Shown in pieces: positions 19,382-26,333 of a stretch of DNA of 64,000 nucleotides. Positions within the stretch are counted from its first letter, which is position 1, and each line of letters starts with the position of its first letter. Under the pieces are notes generated by a model. The model did not search any database. It worked only from the letters and a program-made list of their open reading frames with translations, and was not told where the DNA came from. The position numbers and the translations under genes were made by a program. Origin of the DNA: a virus; the IMG/VR virus record IMGVR_UViG_3300020048_000058; one strand, given 5' to 3'.

Positions 19382-19900
19382 ATGAATAATATTATCAGAG
19401 CCGAGCGTGCAACTGTCAAGTTTTGTGAGGGTGTCGAAGTTGACGGGTATTTGTTGCCAGATGGTGAGTTTAGGGTTGGGAAGGTCGGAGCCGCGATCGC
19501 CGTGGGGTACGGAAAAGACTGGGTAGGACAACTCAAGGGAAAACCACTAAAAGCCTTGCAGGATAAGGGGTTCACCGGGTCTGAAAAACCTGTGCAGCTA
19601 AACTCTATCAATGGCGGTGGGACTGAAGCAAAAACACTTAGTCTCCTTGACTTCAGAAAATTAATTGTTTTTGCAGCAAAGAAGGAAAGACCTGAAGCCG
19701 AGGCGTTACTGGATGCTATTGTCGATGTGTCACTTGAGGATTATTTTAGAATAGCGTTTGGACAGCAAACATTAACCCTAGAGGAAAAGCGCGACAAATT
19801 TTTCAAAGCCTATTCAGCGACCATTGACTGGCTCACAGAAGACCGATCTGACTGGGAACTGATAGCTGAACAGGAAAGGTTTTTACTGAGTCTGAACTAA
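19382..19900 (+). CDS. hypothetical protein, weak Bro-N-like N-terminus
   Basis: VKFCEGVEVDGYLLPDGEFRVGKVGAAIAVGY loosely fits the Bro-N pattern. The match is weak. Confidence 0.35.
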   Translation: MNNIIRAERATVKFCEGVEVDGYLLPDGEFRVGKVGAAIAVGYGKDWVGQLKGKPLKALQDKGFTGSEKPVQLNSINGGGTEAKTLSLLDFRKLIVFAAKKERPEAEALLDAIVDVSLEDYFRIAFGQQTLTLEEKRDKFFKAYSATIDWLTEDRSDWELIAEQERFLLSLN

Positions 19901-19902
19901 TC

Positions 19903-19938
19903 AAAAAAAAACCCTCTAAATATTTAGAGGGTTAAAAA
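19903..19938. terminator. bidirectional intrinsic terminator
   Basis: AAAAAAAA-CCCTCTAAATA/TATTTAGAGGG-TTAAAAATT between convergent genes. Confidence 0.75.
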
Positions 19939-20130
19939 TTAGAATAATTTTGAACAATCCTTGCATTTCATTCGGCGGCGACCGTGTTCGGTGTAACCGT
20001 ATTTGACTATCCTATGGCTACCACACCGGGGGCAACCGTCACCAACAATCAGGGCTTTTGCAAAAAAAGACAGCCTAACACCTCTGATGGGTTGGCAGAA
20101 TTGCGGACTAGCGCACCCGGAGCTAGGCAA
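19939..20130 (-). CDS. small zinc-ribbon protein (InsA-like CxxC...CxxC)
   Basis: CPRCGSHRIVKYGYTEHGRRRMKCKDC. The ATG at 20130 lies 82 nt inside the upstream gene in another frame, so the true start is unclear. Confidence 0.4.
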   Translation of the reverse strand: MPSSGCASPQFCQPIRGVRLSFFAKALIVGDGCPRCGSHRIVKYGYTEHGRRRMKCKDCSKLF

Positions 20131-20429
20131 TCAGTCCGGTTCACTTTAACGGCGGCTGCTGCTACCAGTCCCGACACTACATAATAAACATCGGGAGACG
20201 CAGGGGGGAGTCCCTCAATCTCGCCATATTGAACGCTTTGGACTGGAATACCTAAAATGGGTTCGGCTTCGGTATTCCCCATCGCCACGCGGGGGATGAT
20301 TCCCGATGGGGGCAGGGTGAACAATGCGATCACGGATTCAGCCGTGAACTGTTTGGTTTTAGGATCTTGAGTTACCCCTTCTTTTGAACAGATGACGATT
20401 TGTACGTTAGTGGCGTTGATGATTTTCAT
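20049..20429 (-). CDS. hypothetical protein (126 aa)
   Basis: Track ORF. Confidence 0.5.
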   Translation of the reverse strand: MKIINATNVQIVICSKEGVTQDPKTKQFTAESVIALFTLPPSGIIPRVAMGNTEAEPILGIPVQSVQYGEIEGLPPASPDVYYVVSGLVAAAAVKVNRTDCLAPGALVRNSANPSEVLGCLFLQKP

Positions 20430-20474
20430 TTGATTTTTTCCTTAGAATAATGTGTCAATGCGACTGCAAATGGG

Positions 20475-21278
20475 TCATATCAGGTCACATTTTCCTACCA
20501 TTTTGTTTCCGCAAGGGAAATCCGCGCAAACGGACTGGTAAACGGGGTTTTTAGTCCCGAAAGCCTTTGTTACAAGCCCCTGCCCATATACAGGGTGATT
20601 GACAATGTCACCGACCTTTAACAGCCCTTCAACGGGTTTATCTAAATTGTCAAGGTATTCTTTGACAACCTTGATTGCCTCTCCATAGAGGTGTTTTCGT
20701 TGGTCTGTGTAGACCTTCTCGGTTTTTTCCGATGGCAAGTCTAACACTGCCAAATCGGTCACAGAATATTCTGTGGTTTCTCCATAGCCTGTCTCATAAG
20801 CCACTGTTGTGGCACTGGGAAATTTAGGCTTCCCTTCCACAGCTTCCCCGAATTGATTTACGGCTTTGGTTGCCATATAGGTGATTGCCACCTGAAATTC
20901 GTCAGCCACAAAATGGGCTTTGGGGCCAGAAACTTCGCCCCATTGAGAAGCACCGCCACGCATTCCATCGGGGGATTCTTTACGACGGGCGGGAGTCGCA
21001 GTTTTTTTGTGGCTACCTGTTAATTTTTGACAGGTAATAATTTCCTGTCTTTGTTCGTGGGTGACAACCCATTCCAGTTTTGTCACCCGAACTCCGTTCG
21101 GTAACGCAGCAACAAATCCGATTGGGTTAAACCCATCGTTGCCGTTGTAGACAACTCCATTGTTGTCTACAACAAAGCCTTTTTGCAGGGTTAAGGCGTC
21201 ACGACTGATGCTGTTGTTCCATTTCCATTCAGGGGTTTTTTTAGTGACTTTGGTTTTTGCTGTGGTTGCGGTTGTCAT
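20475..21278 (-). CDS. hypothetical protein (267 aa)
   Basis: Track ORF. Confidence 0.5.
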   Translation of the reverse strand: MTTATTAKTKVTKKTPEWKWNNSISRDALTLQKGFVVDNNGVVYNGNDGFNPIGFVAALPNGVRVTKLEWVVTHEQRQEIITCQKLTGSHKKTATPARRKESPDGMRGGASQWGEVSGPKAHFVADEFQVAITYMATKAVNQFGEAVEGKPKFPSATTVAYETGYGETTEYSVTDLAVLDLPSEKTEKVYTDQRKHLYGEAIKVVKEYLDNLDKPVEGLLKVGDIVNHPVYGQGLVTKAFGTKNPVYQSVCADFPCGNKMVGKCDLI

Positions 21279-21372
21279 GGTGCTTGCTCCGTGTGTTGCT
21301 TGCTCCTGTCTACATTTCTAATACTACACAAAATATCAACAGGTGTCAACAGGTAAAGCAAACTATTTTAGA

Positions 21373-21395
21373 TTTTGTATCCCCCTGATACAAAA
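21373..21395. promoter_or_regulatory. perfect 9-bp inverted repeat (TTTTGTATC-cccct-GATACAAAA), likely operator
   Basis: Sits about 16 bp upstream of TATAAT (21411-21416), ahead of the nblA-tmk pair. Confidence 0.45.
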
Positions 21396-21497
21396 CGATT
21401 GTTTTTTTGATATAATATATATAGAATCAATTTTCTATAGTATTGCAATGTCCAGAAGTAATATAGTCCATAATCAACTAATCAAAAGAGTAAAACA

Positions 21498-21662
21498 ATG
21501 GAACCCGTACAATTAACGATGGAGCAACAATTCAAACTCGCAGTAATCAGGCAAAATGTTGACAGCCTAACCTTGGAACAAGCCAAGGAACACATTATCG
21601 AATTGGTCATACAGAGTATGATTAAGGATGATTTGATTAAAAATTGGATGAGGATGAAATGA
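21498..21662 (+). CDS. nblA: NblA-like phycobilisome degradation protein (54 aa)
   Basis: MEPVQLTMEQQFKLAVIRQNVDSLTLEQAKEHIIELVIQSMIKDDLIKNWMRMK matches the NblA pattern (LSLEQQF ... QV..MS..QAK.FL..L..QM). Its stop TGA overlaps the tmk ATG (ATGA). It falls below the ORF-track cutoff. Confidence 0.75.
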   Translation: MEPVQLTMEQQFKLAVIRQNVDSLTLEQAKEHIIELVIQSMIKDDLIKNWMRMK

Positions 21663-22264
21663 GTAAATTAATTGTATTTGAAGGCATTGACCGCAGTGGC
21701 AAAACCACTCAGATGTCCAGACTCAAGGAATACTTAGAAGCGACAACTAGCTTGGCTGTGTGGGCTACCAGAGAACCCTATGGAGAAGATTGCAGGAATA
21801 AGATTAAAACCGTCAACCTAAGTCCCCAGGAACAGCTAGATTTGATTCTTGAAGACAGGCGGGTGCATTGTCATTACATTCGGGAAAAGATGGGAGAATT
21901 TGATATTGTTTTATGCGATCGCTTCACCCCCTCTACACTCGCCTATCAAGGTTACGGCCACGGGATTGACCCTGATATCCTTATCAAAGCTAATGAAGCC
22001 GTCACGGGGGGACTAACACCCGATATGGTGATTATTTTCGATCTACCAATTCGGGCGGCTGTGGCGAGATTAGAGAATAGACCCCTTGATGCAATTGAAA
22101 GAAATATCTTGTTTTTGGAGAGGGTGAGGTGGGGTTATTTGGACATTGCCAAAAGATACAAATACCACCTGATTAATTCCAATCAGTCATCTGAGTTGGT
22201 GTTTAGCAAGGTGGTAAATCAGGTGTTACGGGCCCTGGAAATTGAGAGCTTGGTTAAGATATAA
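21659..22264 (+). CDS. tmk: thymidylate kinase
   Basis: P-loop FEGIDRSGKTTQ, and DRF..STLAYQG. Start set at the ATG at 21659; the track start is 21644. Confidence 0.85.
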   Translation: MSKLIVFEGIDRSGKTTQMSRLKEYLEATTSLAVWATREPYGEDCRNKIKTVNLSPQEQLDLILEDRRVHCHYIREKMGEFDIVLCDRFTPSTLAYQGYGHGIDPDILIKANEAVTGGLTPDMVIIFDLPIRAAVARLENRPLDAIERNILFLERVRWGYLDIAKRYKYHLINSNQSSELVFSKVVNQVLRALEIESLVKI

Positions 22265-22268
22265 ATAA

Positions 22269-22296
22269 AGCAGGGTATTTTGCAACCCTGCTTTTT
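22269..22296 (+). terminator. intrinsic terminator after tmk
   Basis: AGCAGGGT-attttgca-ACCCTGCT followed by TTTTT. Confidence 0.75.
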
Positions 22297-22403
22297 CTTC
22301 CCCTACAAACTCAGGGAATTGGTTGTAGAATCGTGTCAATGCTTCCAACTTATTTGGAGCGTCTAAATAGCATTTGTTTCATCTTTTTGATAATGGGTGT
22401 GGT

Positions 22404-23291
22404 TTAATCGACACAAGCGCATAGCTTGTTATTCTCTCCAGCTTCAATAAGTGCTTTTTCCATCGGGGTTAATGTTCCAACATCTCCCCAAGCGTATTTA
22501 GTCCGCCCCAAACCTTTCAAAGACCTTAGATCGGCATTTTGTTCCATATCTACTGCCCTTTGATATAGTTCGGGGTGTTTTTCCTTTAGTTCAATAATCT
22601 CGCTAATTTTCCGGTTTGGGCAAAAGAAACAAGATGATTTTGAAGGAACTGGGAGATTAACGGATCTAATTAGAGCATTGCAGTTTTCTTGGTTTAGACC
22701 CCAGTCAATTAAGGGGTATTCTTGTCTGATTCCCTCAAAAAGAAAGTCTCTCGTTGATCCGGTTTTGTCTAGCAACCTAGATAATTCTCCCGTATGTATT
22801 CCGATTAATTGGCGTGGGGTAGAGGTGATTTGTTTTTCCTTGCAATAAATTTTTATCCGCTTATGAACTGGTTGAACCTTCCACTTCATTGAACAAGTTG
22901 AATATCCATAGGCTTTGCTGGGTAACATATTTTTAGTTAAGCATTCTTCTTCAAGATTTGAGTAATCAAACTTTTGTCGTGATGTTCCCATCTGTTTATA
23001 TTTCACCCATTCAATCCCAGGGAATCCTTCTACTAAAAGCCAATTAGAAAAAGTCTCTACCCATTCGTAGGTTTCCGGTAGCTCCGCCCCCGTGTCAGCA
23101 AACAAGATTAAATCGGGTTTAATCCCTTTCAGAATCATTGCTATCAACATGGCGGTGCTATTGGTTCCCCCACCATAGGAAACAACGATAGGAGAGTTTG
23201 GATCGGGTGCGGGTCTATTCTTTAAAATCCAAATAGGGTCTTTAGCCTGAACATCAACATGATCACCAAATAAATCCAATTGAGTTGTCAT
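22404..23291 (-). CDS. PAPS reductase-family PP-loop enzyme
   Basis: PP-loop-like VVSYGGGTNSTAM, family-typical length and a C-terminal CFFCP motif. Confidence 0.55.
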   Translation of the reverse strand: MTTQLDLFGDHVDVQAKDPIWILKNRPAPDPNSPIVVSYGGGTNSTAMLIAMILKGIKPDLILFADTGAELPETYEWVETFSNWLLVEGFPGIEWVKYKQMGTSRQKFDYSNLEEECLTKNMLPSKAYGYSTCSMKWKVQPVHKRIKIYCKEKQITSTPRQLIGIHTGELSRLLDKTGSTRDFLFEGIRQEYPLIDWGLNQENCNALIRSVNLPVPSKSSCFFCPNRKISEIIELKEKHPELYQRAVDMEQNADLRSLKGLGRTKYAWGDVGTLTPMEKALIEAGENNKLCACVD

Positions 23292-23428
23292 ATAGCAATC
23301 CTATTTGAGTTGTAGGGATAAATGAGCCTGAAACTGGTTAACTGTTTACCAACAAACTACATCGGTAAATGGGGATTATTCACCATCTGGAAATAAATCT
23401 GGCAACGACGGGCGGTGGATCGTGGATC

Positions 23429-23461
23429 TAAAAAAGCCGAATCCCTTACAGAATCCGGCTT
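23429..23461 (-). terminator. intrinsic terminator downstream of the tRNA-like fragment
   Basis: Reverse strand reads AGCCGGATTC-tgtaagg-GATTCGGCT followed by TTTTT. Confidence 0.6.
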
Positions 23462-23470
23462 TTACCTCTA

Positions 23471-23517
23471 TCGGAGCGATAGGATTTGAACCTGCGCCCC
23501 CTACCACCCCAATGTAG
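23471..23517 (-). other. tRNA 3'-portion-like sequence (anticodon arm GGG/Pro-like, T-arm, 3' acceptor strand) with no 5' half
   Basis: Reverse strand reads CTACA-TTGGGGT-GGTAG GGGGC GCAGG-TTCAAAT-CCTAT CGCTCCG A. No matching 5' acceptor strand or D-arm within about 400 bp, and one C-A mismatch in the T-stem. Confidence 0.4.
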
Positions 23518-23587
23518 TATCGGTATTGTTTAATCCTTATATAGTAGGACTTTTGGAAGTTTGGGAACTTGAGATCCCAATTGTTGA

Positions 23588-23845
23588 TCAATCAAATGCT
23601 CTTGATTCCCAATATTGTTTCGCAGCTTCCCACTGTTCAGAAGTAGCAGCGACATGAACCTGATGCCCAATATCACTCTTGGCTTTATGATGGTAGGCGA
23701 TACAATTAGTCGGAAACCAAGTATCTGCATATTCCGCCATAATTTGAATAACCTCTAGCCCGAACCCGTGGGGGTCATACGATGCTTTATTGTCTGCTTT
23801 TCCTTTAGACTGAAAAAATCGAGCGTGTAGTAGTTTCTCATTCAT
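23588..23845 (-). CDS. hypothetical protein (85 aa)
   Basis: Track ORF trimmed to the ATG at 23845, which overlaps the upstream stop (ATGA). Confidence 0.45.
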   Translation of the reverse strand: MNEKLLHARFFQSKGKADNKASYDPHGFGLEVIQIMAEYADTWFPTNCIAYHHKAKSDIGHQVHVAATSEQWEAAKQYWESRAFD

Positions 23846-24054
23846 AAAGTTTCTACTTCCACAACTTGCGCTTTCCATCCCTTACGGGTCAATGCCAGAG
23901 CGTCTCTCGCCGCAACTTCGTTATCTTTGTATGTGATAAATTCGTCATCAGGATGGACGGCAATAAAGTCCGCGCCCGTACCTCCTGCATACAAACCTTC
24001 TGTGACTTGATCGTTGTAACGATTCCATAGCTTCACCGCAAATTTTAGTGCCAT
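23842..24054 (-). CDS. hypothetical protein (70 aa; alternative start 24132)
   Basis: Track ORF. The internal ATG at 24054 has AAGGA 8 nt upstream. Confidence 0.4.
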   Translation of the reverse strand: MALKFAVKLWNRYNDQVTEGLYAGGTGADFIAVHPDDEFITYKDNEVAARDALALTRKGWKAQVVEVETL

Positions 24055-24135
24055 TGTTTTGTCCTTAATGCTTAATGTCGTTAACTTTTTGCGCGGATTT
24101 AAGGCGTCGCGCCCAGCCAAAAACAATACCAAGAC

Positions 24136-24519
24136 TTAGTTTCCTACAAGAGTAAAGCCGTAAGTCCGTGCCAACTCTTTGGGAGTGCCACTGTCAACAA
24201 CCAAATGATTGCGATAATAAACATAGGTCTTTGTCGGAGTTTCTTGGATTAAATGCGTGCGAGTATCATCTTCCCAGTAGTTAAATTTCTTGTTGGCAGT
24301 CAGTCCATGTGTAAGATTCATTGATGCGTCCCAAATTGTTAACTGTATTGGTTTCTCCACAACCGCCACCGCTTTCAGGGCTTCCAACCGACCTTCAAGT
24401 TGAGTCAATTCAAAAGCCCACTTCCGAACTAAAGACCGGACGCGGGCAAACTTGACTATTAAACTGTTCAGTTGAGAAATTCTTTTAGAAAGTTGGTCGG
24501 CGGTTGTGGAGTTTTTCAT
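24136..24519 (-). CDS. hypothetical protein (127 aa)
   Basis: Track ORF. Confidence 0.5.
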   Translation of the reverse strand: MKNSTTADQLSKRISQLNSLIVKFARVRSLVRKWAFELTQLEGRLEALKAVAVVEKPIQLTIWDASMNLTHGLTANKKFNYWEDDTRTHLIQETPTKTYVYYRNHLVVDSGTPKELARTYGFTLVGN

Positions 24520-24590
24520 GTTTTACGCCCGATTTGACGGCGGCGTCCCTGTTTTGCTTATACTAAATATTGTAGCTACAAAATCAAAAT

Positions 24591-24746
24591 ATGTCAACCC
24601 CTAAATCAAAAAAACTTTTCAACCGCCCAACCGTTGTCAGGGTGAGGCTTTCAGAAGTTGAGAGGGAGAGGATAGAGGCGATCGCATCTTCAAGAAATCT
24701 ATCCCTCTCGGAATTGATAAGGTATTGGATCAATAATAGAGGATGA
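24591..24746 (+). CDS. ribbon-helix-helix (CopG/MobC-like) DNA-binding protein (51 aa)
   Basis: RPTVVRVRLSEVERERIEAIASSRNLSLSELIRYW fits the RHH strand-helix-helix pattern. It falls below the ORF-track cutoff. Confidence 0.5.
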   Translation: MSTPKSKKLFNRPTVVRVRLSEVERERIEAIASSRNLSLSELIRYWINNRG

Positions 24747-24779
24747 CGATACAGCTTTCCTTATTCCAGAAAGCAGAAA

Positions 24780-25499
24780 TTAGGGAGCAAGCCGAGCTTT
24801 CCCTAATCTATTTTTTTCATACCAAGCTGAAATCTCAGGAACCCAATCCTGAGTATGGGCCCACATCATTTCAGAGAGTTTTTGAATCTCTAACTGGGCA
24901 TCTTTTTTAAATCTTAAATCGAGAAAATGTAACAGTGAACGCAGGTTACAAGACATAACAAAATGCTGTCTGAAATCGAACGGGATTAAACCTCTAGCGT
25001 GTTCTTCTGACATTCCATTTAAGATATTATTTTTATACATTTCACAAGCATCTAAACAATATCTTAAATGGAAATCTCTTTCAAAATGAGAATATTTATA
25101 TTTTTTCCCTTGGCGGTCAACATATTCACCAACGGGTCTTAGGTAAAATACATCCTCAATATCACGTTTACCATCAACAACATCAATTATTCTTTGACCT
25201 GAATAACGCATCGACTCAACGCTAAAACTCATTATCCTGTGTCGCGTTGCTTGCTGCATTACACTGTGAGGGAAATAGCCAACATTAAATACTATGTAAG
25301 CTGTTTCGGCACAACTCCAATGCCCTCTATCACCTGCTAATAATCTTTTAACTGCTATCTCGCCACACTCTTTTTCTGGGGGGATTTTATCAATGCCTTC
25401 AAACACATAATTCTCGCTATAACATTGATGCAATGCCAGATAAATCATCTGTTGGGGATTAGCTGTTTTTGATAAAACCTCAACCTTGAATTTGTCCAT
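24780..25499 (-). CDS. thyX: flavin-dependent thymidylate synthase ThyX
   Basis: ThyX signature RHRIMSFSVESMRYS. Start set at the ATG at 25499, preceded by GAGGAGG. The longer track ORF would run into the CRISPR array. Confidence 0.9.
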   Translation of the reverse strand: MDKFKVEVLSKTANPQQMIYLALHQCYSENYVFEGIDKIPPEKECGEIAVKRLLAGDRGHWSCAETAYIVFNVGYFPHSVMQQATRHRIMSFSVESMRYSGQRIIDVVDGKRDIEDVFYLRPVGEYVDRQGKKYKYSHFERDFHLRYCLDACEMYKNNILNGMSEEHARGLIPFDFRQHFVMSCNLRSLLHFLDLRFKKDAQLEIQKLSEMMWAHTQDWVPEISAWYEKNRLGKARLAP

Positions 25500-25546
25500 T
25501 AGCCTCCTCTTTTGTGCATCTTTAGTCAAGAAACAATGCAATCGTT

Positions 25547-26314
25547 ATTTCAATCCATAAAATAGGCAATCGTCTATTGCGGGATGGATACTTAAATCAT
25601 CATCAACTAAACAGGGATGTTTCAATCCATAAAATAGGCAATCGTCTATTGCGGGTTTAAACGGGGAACCCAATTGTTTTTAGTCAGGATGTTTCAATCC
25701 ATAAAATAGGCAATCGTCTATTGCGGGTTTTGCTAAGTCGGAATGGTAATTAGCATCAAAATCGTTTCAATCCATAAAATAGGCAATCGTCTATTGCGGG
25801 TTCCCTTTACTTTTAAACTGATAATAGCTATCAGGGTTTCAATCCATAAAATAGGCAATCGTCTATTGCGGGAAAAAGCATACGATACAGCTATAAAAGA
25901 AGGTTATCTATTAGTTTCAATCCATAAAATAGGCAATCGTCTATTGCGGGAAAACCCCTGCATAGGCTTTTCTACCATAGAACGGTTTCAATCCATAAAA
26001 TAGGCAATCGTCTATTGCGAGATCAAAGCCATTAAGAATAGGATAAAAAACATCCAAGTTTCAATCCATAAAATAGGCAATCGTCTATTGCGGGTTTGGG
26101 TCTATCTGTTGGGTTACGACCGGGGGATTAGTGTTTCAATCCATAAAATAGGCAATCGTCTATTGCGGGTTCCGTTTACTCTGGGAACCATTCAAGGCAT
26201 CATTGTTTCAATCCATAAAATAGGCAATCGTCTATTGCGGGTTTATAACCATGTTCTGGGGATGATGCCAGAAGAAGGTTTCAATCCATAAAATAGGCAA
26301 TCGTCTATTGCGGG
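25547..26314 (-). CRISPR. CRISPR array: 11 repeats of 37 bp, 10 unique spacers (34-41 bp)
   Basis: The repeat reads GTTTCAATCCATAAAATAGGCAATCGTCTATTGCGGG on the + strand. Copies start at 25547, 25619, 25691, 25764, 25836, 25914, 25985, 26058, 26133, 26205 and 26278. Repeat 1 has A at position 1, and repeat 7 has A at position 36. There is an internal hairpin GCAAT-CGTCT-ATTGC. The minus orientation is inferred from three observations: the degenerate repeat is distal, the reverse-strand 3' end reads ATTGAAAC, and the array is co-directional with the nuclease gene. Confidence 0.97.
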
Positions 26315-26333
26315 AGCTTAATCCGCAATTGTT

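Noticed and set aside
23376-23730. A complete tRNA gene, and track ORFs 23376-23591 and 23530-23730.
   Set aside because: Only the 3' two-thirds of a cloverleaf can be drawn. No 5' acceptor strand or D-arm is present. The overlapping ORFs have no coding support and cross the terminator.
25743-26291. Track ORFs 25743-26003 and 26088-26291, which contain the recurring peptide SIHKIGNRLLR.
   Set aside because: They are translations of the CRISPR repeats. The periodic identical peptide is an artefact of the array, not a gene.
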